Shown here: piece after piece, positions 7,389 to 17,060 of the stretch
Position numbering within the stretch: position 1 is the first letter of the stretch
How the letters are laid out: each line of letters begins with the position of its first letter
Origin: Candidatus Fraserbacteria bacterium
Lineage (GTDB): Bacteria; Bipolaricaulota; Bipolaricaulia; RBG-16-55-9; DRXL01
Length of the DNA: 30,244 nucleotides
NCBI GenBank assembly: GCA_947085185.1
Contig: CAMTVK010000004.1
Coordinates: 1 to 30,244, forward strand
Reading direction: 5' to 3'
Notes under the pieces: generated by a model
Told to the model about the DNA's origin: nothing
Database searches by the model: none
Seen by the model: only the letters and a program-made list of their open reading frames with translations
Program-made: the position numbers and the translations under genes

Positions 7389-8705
7389 ATGCCCGACACA
7401 AACGGTGCAAACGACAAAGAAGAAAGGGAGCAAGCAAAGCCCATGGGCGAAACTCTCGACATCACGGAGTTGAAGTCCAAGGACATGTCAGAATTACGTG
7501 CGTTAGCAGAGCGATTTAACATCAACGGGCGCGGTCGGATCAAGAAAGAAGACCTCGTCTTTGCTATTTTGAAAGCCCAAGCGGAAAAGCAAGGGCTGCA
7601 TTTTAAAGACGGGGTTTTAGAGATCCTCCCCGATGGGTACGGGTTCTTGCGAGACAGCTCGTGCCTGCCGGGCTCTCACGATATTTATGTCTCTCCGTCG
7701 CAGATCAAGCGCTTCGCCCTCAAAGACGGGGACATCGTCAGCGGCGTCGTCCGTCCCCCCAAAGAAGACGAGAAATACTTCGCACTGCTGAAGATCGAAG
7801 CGATCAACTTTGAGGACCCCGAAGCCGTCCGAAACCGACAAGCGTTTGAAGATCTCATTCCCTATCACCCGCGGGAGCAGCTGAAGCTCGAGTACGACAG
7901 CAACGAGTTTTCCACCCGGATTATTGACTTGTTTGCCCCCATCGGGAAGGGCCAGCGCGGACTGATCGTCTCCCCACCCAAGGCGGGCAAGACGACGCTC
8001 TTAAAGCATATCGCGCACGGGATCGCGGCCAACCACCCCGAAGTCTATCTGATCGTCTTACTCGTGGATGAGCGCCCTGAGGAGGTCACGGACTTCAGGG
8101 AATCCATTACGATGGGGGAGGTTGTCGCAGCAACGTTCGATCAGAAGCCTGAGATCCATTGTCGCATCTCCGAATTGGTGATCGCCAAGGCCAAGAGATT
8201 AGTGGAGATGGGGCGCGATGTCGTGATCTTGATGGACTCGATCACGCGCTTGGCGCGCGCGTATAACTTGGCGATCGCTCCCAGCGGCAAGCTGCTCTCT
8301 GGGGGCATGGACCCCACCGCGCTCTACAAGCCCAAAGAATTTCTCGGCGCGGCGCGCAACATCAAAGACGGGGGGAGCCTCACGATCATCGGGACCGCTC
8401 TTGTGGACACGGGCTCTCGACTCGACCAGGTCGTCTTTGAGGAGTTCAAGGGCACGGGCAACATGGAGCTGGTGCTCGATAGGACGTTGGCGAACAAGCG
8501 CATCTTCCCCGCGATCGATCTGGAAGTCTCGGGCACCCGCAAGGAGGAGCTCTTGCTCCCCGAAAAAGTCCTCAAGCGCGTCTGGGTGCTGCGCAAACTG
8601 ATCGGCGATATGAACGACAAACAAAAAGCCTTGGAATGGATTCTCTCCCGCATGGAGCAGACTAAGAATAACGAGCAGTTCTTAGAGTTAATGCGCAATG
8701 AGTAG
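7389..8705 (+). CDS. rho: Transcription termination factor Rho
   Basis: DGYGFLR, DIYVSPSQI, GKGQRGLIVSPPKAGKT, DERPEEVTD, EEFKGTGNME. Start uncertain (7374 GTG, 7389 or 7443 ATG). Confidence 0.98.
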   Translation: MPDTNGANDKEEREQAKPMGETLDITELKSKDMSELRALAERFNINGRGRIKKEDLVFAILKAQAEKQGLHFKDGVLEILPDGYGFLRDSSCLPGSHDIYVSPSQIKRFALKDGDIVSGVVRPPKEDEKYFALLKIEAINFEDPEAVRNRQAFEDLIPYHPREQLKLEYDSNEFSTRIIDLFAPIGKGQRGLIVSPPKAGKTTLLKHIAHGIAANHPEVYLIVLLVDERPEEVTDFRESITMGEVVAATFDQKPEIHCRISELVIAKAKRLVEMGRDVVILMDSITRLARAYNLAIAPSGKLLSGGMDPTALYKPKEFLGAARNIKDGGSLTIIGTALVDTGSRLDQVVFEEFKGTGNMELVLDRTLANKRIFPAIDLEVSGTRKEELLLPEKVLKRVWVLRKLIGDMNDKQKALEWILSRMEQTKNNEQFLELMRNE

Positions 8706-9591
8706 AGTCTTTAAAGTTGTGGTGCTGGGGTGGTGCGGGCTGGCCCTGGTCTTGGGAGCCTTCTGGGTGCAGCACAGCCCGCTCTCGCGCAATACCCCGT
8801 CCCTTGCCCAAGGAGGCCCCACGCCCTCCGATGAGGGCGTCACGCTCGCCCCGCAGATCATCGAATATGCAGTCCAACCCGGGGAGACGATAGAACAGAT
8901 CGCCGCTCGCTTTGGCGTCTCTCTCGAAGCGCTCGTCGGCAGCAACGCGAACGCCCTTGACAGCCTCGATAGCGTTGCGCCGGGGACAGTCTTGAAGATC
9001 GTTCAGAACGGGGTCTTGCACTCGGTCAAGCGCGGCCAGACGTTGACCGACATCGCTCGGACATATGAGATCTCTCTCGCGCAGATTCTCCAGGCCAACC
9101 GTCTCGAAGCTCGAAAGTATATCTATCCGGGTGAAGAGTTTTTCATTCCTGGGGCGACGAGCTCACCGGCTTTTATATATCTGAAGATGGCTGGGGGCAA
9201 GAAGAATCTCTTTGCGTGGCCGGTGCGCGGTGTGATCACTTCAAAATTTGGGCCAAGAATTCACCCGATCAGCGGGGAGCCCGACTTCCATCAAGGGATA
9301 GATATCGAAGTTCCCGAGGGCACCGACGTCTATGCGTCGTGCCCGGGGAGGGTGCTGGTCGCGGGGCGCCATAGTGGGTACGGGCTCTATGTCGTGTTAG
9401 AGCACAGCAATGGGTATCGCACGCTCTATGGGCATCTTTCGGAGATTGGAGTCTATCGAGGACAATTCGTCGAAGGAGGTCAGCGCATCGCCCGATCGGG
9501 CAACACGGGGAACTCGACCGGCCCCCATCTGCACTTTGAGATTCTGCAGTACGGCCGGCCGCTTAACCCGTTGGCCATACTACCACCATGA
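8698..9591 (+). CDS. LysM x2 plus M23 metallopeptidase
   Basis: N-terminal hydrophobic anchor; two LysM repeats (YAVQPGET, HSVKRGQT); HQGID, YGHL and STGPHLHFE. Confidence 0.93.
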   Translation: MSRVFKVVVLGWCGLALVLGAFWVQHSPLSRNTPSLAQGGPTPSDEGVTLAPQIIEYAVQPGETIEQIAARFGVSLEALVGSNANALDSLDSVAPGTVLKIVQNGVLHSVKRGQTLTDIARTYEISLAQILQANRLEARKYIYPGEEFFIPGATSSPAFIYLKMAGGKKNLFAWPVRGVITSKFGPRIHPISGEPDFHQGIDIEVPEGTDVYASCPGRVLVAGRHSGYGLYVVLEHSNGYRTLYGHLSEIGVYRGQFVEGGQRIARSGNTGNSTGPHLHFEILQYGRPLNPLAILPP

Positions 9592-10892
9592 AGTTCACGG
9601 TCTACGGAGGCCGCCGACTCTTCGGAGAGATCTCGGTTGACGGAGCGAAGAACGCCGCGCTCCCCTTGCTGGCCGCGACGCTGCTCACCGACGAAGAGAT
9701 CATCTTAGAGAACGTCCCGGATGTGAGTGACGTGCGTGTGATGATCGCGCTGCTGGAGAGTGTGGGCAAGCGTGTCCAAGCTCATGGGGCGGGCTTCTTA
9801 AGTGTTCGCACGGAGAGGGAGCTTGTGGGCACTCCCCCAGATGAGCTGGTGCGGAGGCTGCGCGCGTCGTTTTTGATGTTAGGGCCGCTCATGGCGCGGA
9901 TCGGCACCAGTCGGCTCGCCCTGCCCGGCGGCTGCCCCATCGGCGTCCGCCCAGTAGATCTCCATCTCAAGGGCCTCAAAGCGCTAGGGGCACAGCTCGA
10001 CTTAGAAGGCGCCTTCTGGCGCGCTCACGCGGAAAGACTCCACCCAGCCGAGATCCATCTGGACTACCCCTCCGTGGGCGCCACAGAACAGATCATGATG
10101 ACCGCAGCTCTGATCCCCGGACGCACGGTCATCAGCAACCCCGCGCAAGACCCCGAAGTTCATGACCTGGCCCGGCTGCTCATCAAGATGGGCGCCGGTG
10201 TCTATATCGAGCCGGGACGGCTCCAGATCGAAGGAGCTCCGTCTTTGCAAGGCACAACTCACACGGTGATCCCTGATCGCATCAACGCCGGGACGTTTCT
10301 CATCGCCGGGGCGATCGCCGGTGGGGACGTGACGGTGCGCCGGTGTCAGCCACTCCACCTCGAAGCTCTGTTGAGTAAATTGGACGAGCTGGGCATCACG
10401 GTGCAAGAGCATGTGGAGAGCGTGCGCGTCGTCAGTGACGGGCCGGGGAGCTTTTCGGGCGGGCGGGTAGAAGCGCGGCCCTACCCGGGATTCCCCACGG
10501 ACTTGCAGCCCCAGATGATGGCGTTGCTCAGCGTGGCTCGTGGGTCGAGCGTCGTCAAAGAGACGGTGTGGGAGAGCCGATTCGCCCATGCGACGGAGCT
10601 GGCACGCATGGGGGCACAGATCCGACTCGAAGGGTCTACAGCACTGATCGAGGGGGTTTCTGTGCTCTCGGGCACAGAAGTGCATACGACCGATGTGCGC
10701 GCCGGTGCTGCGCTCACTCTTGCGGGCATCGCTGCTGCAGGCACGACTATAGTTCTAGATCGCGATGGGCACATTGGGCGTGGGCATCGAGATCTGGCGG
10801 GCGAGCTGAATCGCCTCGGAGCTGCTATAATAGTCGAAGACGAGCAAACTCCAGAAGAGAAGAAGGAGGTTCTCAGTACTGAGCTTCGATGA
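9588..10892 (+). CDS. murA: UDP-N-acetylglucosamine 1-carboxyvinyltransferase
   Basis: GAKNAALP, LPGGCPIGVRPVDLH, PSVGATE, PYPGFPTDLQ. Confidence 0.97.
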   Translation: MKFTVYGGRRLFGEISVDGAKNAALPLLAATLLTDEEIILENVPDVSDVRVMIALLESVGKRVQAHGAGFLSVRTERELVGTPPDELVRRLRASFLMLGPLMARIGTSRLALPGGCPIGVRPVDLHLKGLKALGAQLDLEGAFWRAHAERLHPAEIHLDYPSVGATEQIMMTAALIPGRTVISNPAQDPEVHDLARLLIKMGAGVYIEPGRLQIEGAPSLQGTTHTVIPDRINAGTFLIAGAIAGGDVTVRRCQPLHLEALLSKLDELGITVQEHVESVRVVSDGPGSFSGGRVEARPYPGFPTDLQPQMMALLSVARGSSVVKETVWESRFAHATELARMGAQIRLEGSTALIEGVSVLSGTEVHTTDVRAGAALTLAGIAAAGTTIVLDRDGHIGRGHRDLAGELNRLGAAIIVEDEQTPEEKKEVLSTELR

Positions 10893-12046
10893 ACCAACTG
10901 ATTGAAGATCGGCTCGGGGAGCGAGCGCGAGTCTTTGCAGGGGAACGAGCGATCTTAGTGGGGTTGGACACAGGGCAAGGGGCGGAGTGGCAGGAGCGCG
11001 AATCTATCGAAGAACTGATGGAACTGGCGCGGACGGCGGGACTGGAAGTCTTGCGGACGATCCTGCAAAAGCGTGACAAGCCCGATCCGGCGTTTTTCAT
11101 CGGCAAGGGCAAGGCCGACGAGCTCCGTGAGCTCGCTGCCAAATCCAACGCCAATGTGATCGTCTTCAACGATGCGCTCACGCCGGCCCAAGCCCGTAAT
11201 CTCGAAGAGAGCATTCAGAGAAAGATCATAGATCGCGCGCAATTGATTATGAACATCTTTGCGCAGCGGGCGCGCTCCAAAGAAGCCAAGCTCCAAGTTG
11301 AGCTGGCTCAGTTAGAGTATCTGTTGCCGAGGTTACGCGGGTGGGCGGAGGCGCTGGGGCAGCCTGGGGCGGGGATCGGCACGCGCGGCCCCGGCGAAAC
11401 CCGGCTCGCCCAAGAGCGCCATGCGATCCGCCAGCGCATGCACACTCTCAAAGAGCAGTTAGCTAAAGCCGCCCAAGAGCGTGCCGTGCGCCGCAAGTTG
11501 CGCGAAAAGCACAAGATCCCGGAGATCGCCCTCATCGGGTACACCAACACCGGGAAATCCACGCTGTTGCGCGTCCTGACCGGCGCAGATGCCTTTGTCG
11601 AAGACAAGCTCTTCGCAACACTAGACCCCCTGACGCGCAAGTTCTCTCTGCCCGATGGGCGCCTTGCCGTCGTCACCGATACGGTCGGGTTTATTAAGAA
11701 GCTCCCCCATCAGCTTATTCCGGCATTCGCATCCACGTTAGAAGCCGCGCAGACCGCGGATCTGTTGCTCAACGTGCTCGACGTTTCAAACCCCTACCTC
11801 TTTGAGCACTGGCGCACGATCGCGGCAGTGCTCAACGACCTCTTCCAGAATGGGAGCCGCCCACCCATCATCAACGTCCTCAATAAAGCCGATAAGCTCC
11901 GGACTCCAGAAGACCGGCAGCGTCTGGAGCTGGCGCTCTCGACGATCCCCAACGCCGTGGTGATCTCGGCGCACGAGGGGACAGGGCTGGAGGAGCTGAA
12001 ACACCGGATTATGCAGGCGCTTCTGCCAGCGCCTGTCGCAGCCTAA
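10889..12046 (+). CDS. hflX: Ribosome-splitting GTPase HflX
   Basis: IGKGKADE, EAKLQVELAQL, GTRGPGE, GYTNTGKS, LFATLD, DTVGF, NKAD. Confidence 0.97.
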   Translation: MNQLIEDRLGERARVFAGERAILVGLDTGQGAEWQERESIEELMELARTAGLEVLRTILQKRDKPDPAFFIGKGKADELRELAAKSNANVIVFNDALTPAQARNLEESIQRKIIDRAQLIMNIFAQRARSKEAKLQVELAQLEYLLPRLRGWAEALGQPGAGIGTRGPGETRLAQERHAIRQRMHTLKEQLAKAAQERAVRRKLREKHKIPEIALIGYTNTGKSTLLRVLTGADAFVEDKLFATLDPLTRKFSLPDGRLAVVTDTVGFIKKLPHQLIPAFASTLEAAQTADLLLNVLDVSNPYLFEHWRTIAAVLNDLFQNGSRPPIINVLNKADKLRTPEDRQRLELALSTIPNAVVISAHEGTGLEELKHRIMQALLPAPVAA

Positions 12047-12962
12047 AGAGCAATGATTCAAGCAGTAACTGCACGTTGGCGTTACGCTGCAGCTTCCACA
12101 GTGCAGTCTCTAGAGCGTGCACCGCGGGACCTACCCCCACCCCGTTCTTCTCCAGCACCAACAGATCGCGACACCAATAGAGGGCTTCGCGGATGAAAGA
12201 CTCGAGCACGTCTGGGTCGCACTTGCTCAGCGTCGCCGCAAGAGAGAGGACTTGGGCGCTGGTGTAGCGTTTCAGTCGCCCCAAGAGTTCTAAGATCGCT
12301 TCGCGGCGCGCGAAGGGATTTGTGTCGTTGAGGGCGTTCCACAGCTCGGTATCAGAAAGCTCTGCAAGATGTCTTTGAAGATGTGAACGCTCGGGGAGAA
12401 ACTTTCGGACGGCTTCTATGAGGGGTTCTGGGGGCATGAGGCCCTTGGTAAGGCTGAGAAGAGTCTCGATCTCCTGGGTGCTTAGGCCGCGTTCGTGCAA
12501 GATTTTCTCTATCTGAGAGCGCGGCGGTGTGGGGAGCTTGACGATCTGGCAGCGCGAGAGGATCGTCGGCAGGATATTCGTGCTCTTAGCCAGCAGAATG
12601 AAGACGAGATATCTGGGCGGAGCTTCGAGAATCTTTAAGAGACTATTCGCAGCTTCGAGGCTGAGATCCTCGACGCTCTCGATGATATAGATTTTTTTGG
12701 GGGCTTCGACGGGGGGGTAGAGGGCTTTCTGTTGGAGGTCACGAACTTGGTCTATAGAGATGCGTTTCCCCGATTTGCTCACCCATATGAGATCGGGGTG
12801 AGTGCCGTGGGCGAGCTTCTGGCAGTGTGAGCAGGTGCCGCACTGAGCAGGGCAGAAGATGTGTTGCACGAGCTGCCGTGCAAGCTCCTGCGCCGTCGCC
12901 CCCACGAAGAGATAAGCCTGCGCAAGCTGAACGGTCTTCAACATTCGGGCAGCAGTGCTCAT
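12009..12962 (-). CDS. holB: DNA polymerase III delta-prime subunit
   Basis: AYLF, C-x3-CGTCSHC zinc module, HPD, ISIDQVR, AANSLLKILE, LPTILSRC. Start moved to ATG 12962. Confidence 0.88.
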   Translation of the reverse strand: MSTAARMLKTVQLAQAYLFVGATAQELARQLVQHIFCPAQCGTCSHCQKLAHGTHPDLIWVSKSGKRISIDQVRDLQQKALYPPVEAPKKIYIIESVEDLSLEAANSLLKILEAPPRYLVFILLAKSTNILPTILSRCQIVKLPTPPRSQIEKILHERGLSTQEIETLLSLTKGLMPPEPLIEAVRKFLPERSHLQRHLAELSDTELWNALNDTNPFARREAILELLGRLKRYTSAQVLSLAATLSKCDPDVLESFIREALYWCRDLLVLEKNGVGVGPAVHALETALWKLQRNANVQLLLESLLFRLRQALAEAPA

Positions 12963-12971
12963 AATCTCTCT

Positions 12972-13012
12972 AGGGTACCAAAAGGGCGCAGCTGTGCCAA
13001 TGGCGGTATAAT
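12972..13012. promoter_or_regulatory. Overlapping divergent promoters (holB and the wecA-like gene)
   Basis: Minus strand: TTGGCA (13000-12995), 17 bp, TGg-TACCCT (12977-12972). Plus strand: TATAAT (13007-13012), 7 nt before GTG 13020, with no clear -35. Confidence 0.6.
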
Positions 13013-13019
13013 AGCCTTC

Positions 13020-13940
13020 GTGGTGAGAGAATTTTTTGTTGGTTTTGTGTTCAGCGTGGGCTTTGGGTATCTCAGTCATCGGCTTGCGCCGCTGATGGGA
13101 CTGCTCGACTCCCCTGATGACGCGCACAAAGCTCACGGGCGCACTGTGGCGATTGGCGGCTGGGCTGTGGCCCTTGCAGCTCTGGCAGTCTTTGTTTTGC
13201 TCAACGTCACTGAGATATGGAAGCTCGCGTTAGGGAGCTTCGTCGCGCTCTGTGTGGGTTTGCTTGATGATCGCCTTGGCTTGAGCCCCAAAGCCAAACT
13301 CTTGGGGCAGCTTCTGTGCGCGCTCGTTACGGCACTTGTCATGGGATGGACGGTCCAATCTGTTAGATTCTTTGGAGTTGAGCTTGCTTTGAGCTGGCTA
13401 GCGATCCCGTTCACGCTCTTTTGGATCATCGGGGCGATTAACGCGTTCAATCTCATGGATGGCTTGGATGGCCTTGCTACGGGGGGCGCAGCCATCATCT
13501 TTGGCGCGACGGCTCTCATCGCGCATCAGTTGGGCAACGGCATCGCGCTTGCGCTCTCGGCGGGTTTTGTCGGGGTCTTACTGGGGTTTTTGCTCTTCAA
13601 TTGGGCTCCGGCCCGGGTCTTTCTCGGGGACGGAGGCACACACTTCGTCGGCTATTGGCTGGCAATTCTCTCCGTTGAGGCGACGCAGGCGGATCTCAGT
13701 CTTGGAGCGAGCAGGGTGCCGCTCTTGGTCTCACTGCTCTTGTTGGGTGTGCCCATTGCTGATACGGCGTGGGCGATCCTGCGCCGACTGAGTAAGAGAC
13801 AATCAATCTTTCATGCCGATCGGGAGCATGTGCATCATAGGCTCGTGGCGATGGGGATGAGCGAACGGACGGCGGTGCTGATCTTGTACGCGATCATTGC
13901 GGCTTTGTGCGGGCTAGCGATCGTGATCTTCAATCTCTGA
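13020..13940 (+). CDS. Undecaprenyl-phosphate GlcNAc-1-phosphate transferase (WecA/TagO; MraY-like polyprenyl-phosphate HexNAc-1-P transferase family)
   Basis: GLLDD, NAFNLMDGLDGLA, FNWAPARVFLGDGG, DREHVHH; polytopic membrane protein. Confidence 0.92.
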   Translation: MVREFFVGFVFSVGFGYLSHRLAPLMGLLDSPDDAHKAHGRTVAIGGWAVALAALAVFVLLNVTEIWKLALGSFVALCVGLLDDRLGLSPKAKLLGQLLCALVTALVMGWTVQSVRFFGVELALSWLAIPFTLFWIIGAINAFNLMDGLDGLATGGAAIIFGATALIAHQLGNGIALALSAGFVGVLLGFLLFNWAPARVFLGDGGTHFVGYWLAILSVEATQADLSLGASRVPLLVSLLLLGVPIADTAWAILRRLSKRQSIFHADREHVHHRLVAMGMSERTAVLILYAIIAALCGLAIVIFNL

Positions 13941-14094
13941 TCGATATCACCCCCCAGGACAAACAGCCCCACGGAGAGCCGCACCAGCGGGACGACGGGA
14001 AAGCCCATCCCCAATGCCCCAGTCACGTCTATCCACGCGCCCCCACCAAGCCCGATCACCCGGGCTGACGCATTGTAATCTCCGGAGGGGATCC

Positions 14095-14127
14095 TTGACA
14101 AAACGAGCATGGAAGTTTTAGTATAGT
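14095..14127 (+). promoter_or_regulatory. Promoter of wecB
   Basis: TTGACA (14095-14100), 18 bp, TAGTAT (overlapping TATAGT). Confidence 0.6.
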
Positions 14128-14138
14128 TGGGCTTTTCT

Positions 14139-15269
14139 ATGAAGACTCTTACGATCTTCGGCACGCGCCCGGAAGCGATCAAGCTCGCTCCAGTGCTCAA
14201 AGAGCTTCAGAAATTTCCGAAGATCGAATCGCGTGTCTGCGTCACGGCGCAACATCGCGAAATGCTCGACCAAGTCCTCAAAATCTTCGAGATCACCCCC
14301 GACTACGACTTGGATCTCATGCGCCCCAACCAGAGTCTCTCTACGCTGACGGCTGAAGCTCTCATCGCACTGGAATCTGTGATGCAAAGAGAGCAGCCCG
14401 ACGTCGTCATCACCCAAGGGGATACGACGACAACGTTTGTCGCATCTTTGAGCGCGTATTATGCGCAGATCCCCGTGGCGCGCGTCGAGGCCGGATTACG
14501 CACTCATAAGAAATACAGCCCATTCCCCGAAGAGATCAATCGCGTCTTGGCCGATCACATCGCGGACGTGCACTTTGCCCCCACCGAACGCGCCAGAGAG
14601 AATCTCTTGCGCGAGGGCATCCCTCCCGAAAAGATCTGCGTCACCGGAAACCCTGTGATTGACGCACTCCAGCAGACATGGGCGCGCGTGAAAGAGCGCG
14701 ATCTGGGCAGAGAGCTGCCCGTGCCCCTTGAGCTCTGTTCACAGGTCGCGCACGGGCAGAAGAAGCTCATTCTCGTCACTGGTCATCGGCGCGAGAGCTT
14801 TGGCCCAGAGTTCGAGCGCATCTGTCTTGGACTGAAGCAGATCGCGCGCAGCTTCCCGGACGTCGTCATAATCTACCCCGTACACCTCAACCCCAACGTG
14901 CGCGCGCCGGCCTACAAGATCCTCAAAGACCAAGAGCGCGTTTTTTTAATAGAGCCGTTGGATTATGAAAAATTTGTCTGGCTCATGGGCCGAGCGTTTT
15001 TTATTCTGACGGACTCTGGAGGAATTCAAGAAGAAGCACCAGCATTGGGCAAGCCCGTGCTCGTCATGCGCAAGGTGACTGAGCGCCCCGAAGCACTAGA
15101 AGCTGGCACAGCTCGGCTTGTGGGAACAGAGACGGAGCATATCGTTCGTGAAGCAGCGCGGCTTCTTGAAGATCGCACTGCGTATGAGCGCATGGCTCGC
15201 GCGGTCAATCCCTTTGGAGATGGGCACGCTGCTGAGCGCATCGTGAAGATCTTGCGCGAGCGTTTTTGA
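14139..15269 (+). CDS. wecB: Non-hydrolysing UDP-N-acetylglucosamine 2-epimerase
   Basis: FGTRPEAIK, QHREML, QGDTTT, VEAGLRT, SPFPEEINR, HRRE, TDSGGIQEEA, NPFGDG. Confidence 0.96.
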   Translation: MKTLTIFGTRPEAIKLAPVLKELQKFPKIESRVCVTAQHREMLDQVLKIFEITPDYDLDLMRPNQSLSTLTAEALIALESVMQREQPDVVITQGDTTTTFVASLSAYYAQIPVARVEAGLRTHKKYSPFPEEINRVLADHIADVHFAPTERARENLLREGIPPEKICVTGNPVIDALQQTWARVKERDLGRELPVPLELCSQVAHGQKKLILVTGHRRESFGPEFERICLGLKQIARSFPDVVIIYPVHLNPNVRAPAYKILKDQERVFLIEPLDYEKFVWLMGRAFFILTDSGGIQEEAPALGKPVLVMRKVTERPEALEAGTARLVGTETEHIVREAARLLEDRTAYERMARAVNPFGDGHAAERIVKILRERF

Positions 15270-15321
15270 CGCCGTGAGCTCCACTATGATATTGTGTGAC
15301 CAACAAGGAGATGATGAGAGG

Positions 15322-16290
15322 ATGGCCTCTGAAAGACGGTGGATATTCATCGTGACTGTCGTAGCAGCTCTCATTGCTTCAGCGATCTACACCCTGCGCC
15401 AGCCGTTGGAATTTGAGACGGGCGCGTTGGTGCGTGTCAAGACTCCGCCTTTGCCCTCAGAATTTTCCGTGCGCTTCCACTGGGGCGAGGACTTCTGGCG
15501 CAGCCCAGACTTGGCTCTCCAAGTCGCTAAGACGATCAGAGTCTCAGAAGAGCCTGGGGAGACCTGGCCTGTGGTCTCATGGTTGTCTCACAACTTAGAA
15601 GTTCGCGAATCCGACGGGGTAGTCACGCTGAGGCTGCGCGGCGGCTTTGCCCAGCGCACCGTGCGCGATGCCCTCGCCGAGTATATCAAGCAAGCCTCAG
15701 AGAAGATCAAGAGCGACCTGCGCGCAAGCCTTGAGCGCGAGAGCGCTCGCTTGAGCGAACTGCAACAAGCACTTGAGAACTATCGCCAGCACATTATCCA
15801 AACGCTCACAGCCCGGGTAGAAGAGCAACGAGCTTTACTCCAGAGTCAAAAAGAGCGCATCACGAAAGAGCTTCAAGAGCTCCTCAAGAGCCGGCTGGCT
15901 CAGATACGAATCACTGAGCAGGGCGCGACGCTGGAGAGTTGGTACTATCGCAATTATTTAGAGTCGCTGCTGCGACGCCTGGAAGAGCTTGAGCGCGAGC
16001 TCGATCGCCTGGGAGCCCACGGGATCAGTATCTTTGAGGAAGAGTATCGGCGTGTTGGAGAGCTCGAGGGGCGTATGGCGTCCCTGGCCCAAGCGCGCGT
16101 GGAAGCGCAGCAAATTCTCGAACGATGGGAGCCCGTAGAGATCATAACGCCGGCCCAGCTGCCGCAGGGGCCGGTGGGGCCGGATCGCTCCCAGACTCTC
16201 TTATGGGGGACGGGCGTTGGGATTGTTTTAGGGATTGTGCTGGCGATCTTCTCCCCGCGACGGCGCAACACAGAGCGCGCACGCGATTAG
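15322..16290 (+). CDS. Wzz/polysaccharide co-polymerase-like membrane protein
   Basis: N-terminal TM, long coiled coil, Pro-rich segment (PAQLPQGPVGP) before a Gly-rich C-terminal TM; follows wecB. Confidence 0.7.
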   Translation: MASERRWIFIVTVVAALIASAIYTLRQPLEFETGALVRVKTPPLPSEFSVRFHWGEDFWRSPDLALQVAKTIRVSEEPGETWPVVSWLSHNLEVRESDGVVTLRLRGGFAQRTVRDALAEYIKQASEKIKSDLRASLERESARLSELQQALENYRQHIIQTLTARVEEQRALLQSQKERITKELQELLKSRLAQIRITEQGATLESWYYRNYLESLLRRLEELERELDRLGAHGISIFEEEYRRVGELEGRMASLAQARVEAQQILERWEPVEIITPAQLPQGPVGPDRSQTLLWGTGVGIVLGIVLAIFSPRRRNTERARD

Positions 16291-17036
16291 TCTGGCCAAA
16301 ACTCTTCAGGATAGCTCAGAAATCTTAATCGTTCTGGAGTCTTGATGAGCTCGTAGATGGGGCGGCCGTGAGAGAGCCCCAATTCTGGGTATTGGGGAGC
16401 AAGGATGATGCGCAGCGGGGGCAGAGAGTTATAGTGGGGGTTGGGGATGATTGTCAGATCTCCCTCACCCGCAGGACGGGGTGAGGACCTCAGCACAAAG
16501 TACGCCCCGCCACCTTTCTCTTCAAAGGGCTCGTAGAGGCTCTCGACTTTGGTCGAGACCCAGTTGGCCATCTTCAGAATCTGATCTGTGGGGTTGATCG
16601 TGACGTGGCCGTAATTGGGAGGCACAAGCACGATCTGGCCTTCGTGGGCGACGACGAGCACCACATCAGTAATTCTGTCGTGGTCGCGCTTCTGCAATAA
16701 GACGTGAGCTTGGCCCTCTAAGACCTGATAGAGCTCGGGGTAGCAGAGCCCCGGCTTGTACTCAGAGTGATAGTGCCCCTTCGTTTTATTGTGCTCTTGC
16801 CCGAGGGGCGTGGGGAGCAGCACGGTGATATCGTAGCGTATGTGGAGCTGCCCTGCGATCTGTCGGTCTTCAGGGAGCACACAATCGCGGTACATCAGAT
16901 AGAGGGGTCGGTCCAAATCAGCGGTGCGCAGCCAGTCTCTGTCGAAGATCACCGACTGCATCTCACGGAGAGTGCGAACTTGGGGGCGGATCTCGCGATC
17001 GCCGACGCACAGAGCTTCCATAGTGATGTCCACCAT
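16287..17036 (-). CDS. Cupin-type (archaeal-type) glucose-6-phosphate isomerase family protein
   Basis: LYLMYRD, RYDITV, KTKGHYH, YPELYQVLEG, VPPNYGHVTIN, GGAY. Start uncertain (17060, 17036 or 17021). Confidence 0.85.
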   Translation of the reverse strand: MVDITMEALCVGDREIRPQVRTLREMQSVIFDRDWLRTADLDRPLYLMYRDCVLPEDRQIAGQLHIRYDITVLLPTPLGQEHNKTKGHYHSEYKPGLCYPELYQVLEGQAHVLLQKRDHDRITDVVLVVAHEGQIVLVPPNYGHVTINPTDQILKMANWVSTKVESLYEPFEEKGGGAYFVLRSSPRPAGEGDLTIIPNPHYNSLPPLRIILAPQYPELGLSHGRPIYELIKTPERLRFLSYPEEFWPD

Positions 17037-17060
17037 AGCAGCTGGTTTTGCTCGATGCAA

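Noticed and set aside
13835..14200. Minus-strand 121-aa ORF or gene remnant between the wecA-like gene and wecB
   Set aside because: It overlaps both neighbours and the wecB promoter and has no good start. The central stretch could be a relic, but I cannot support that without a search.
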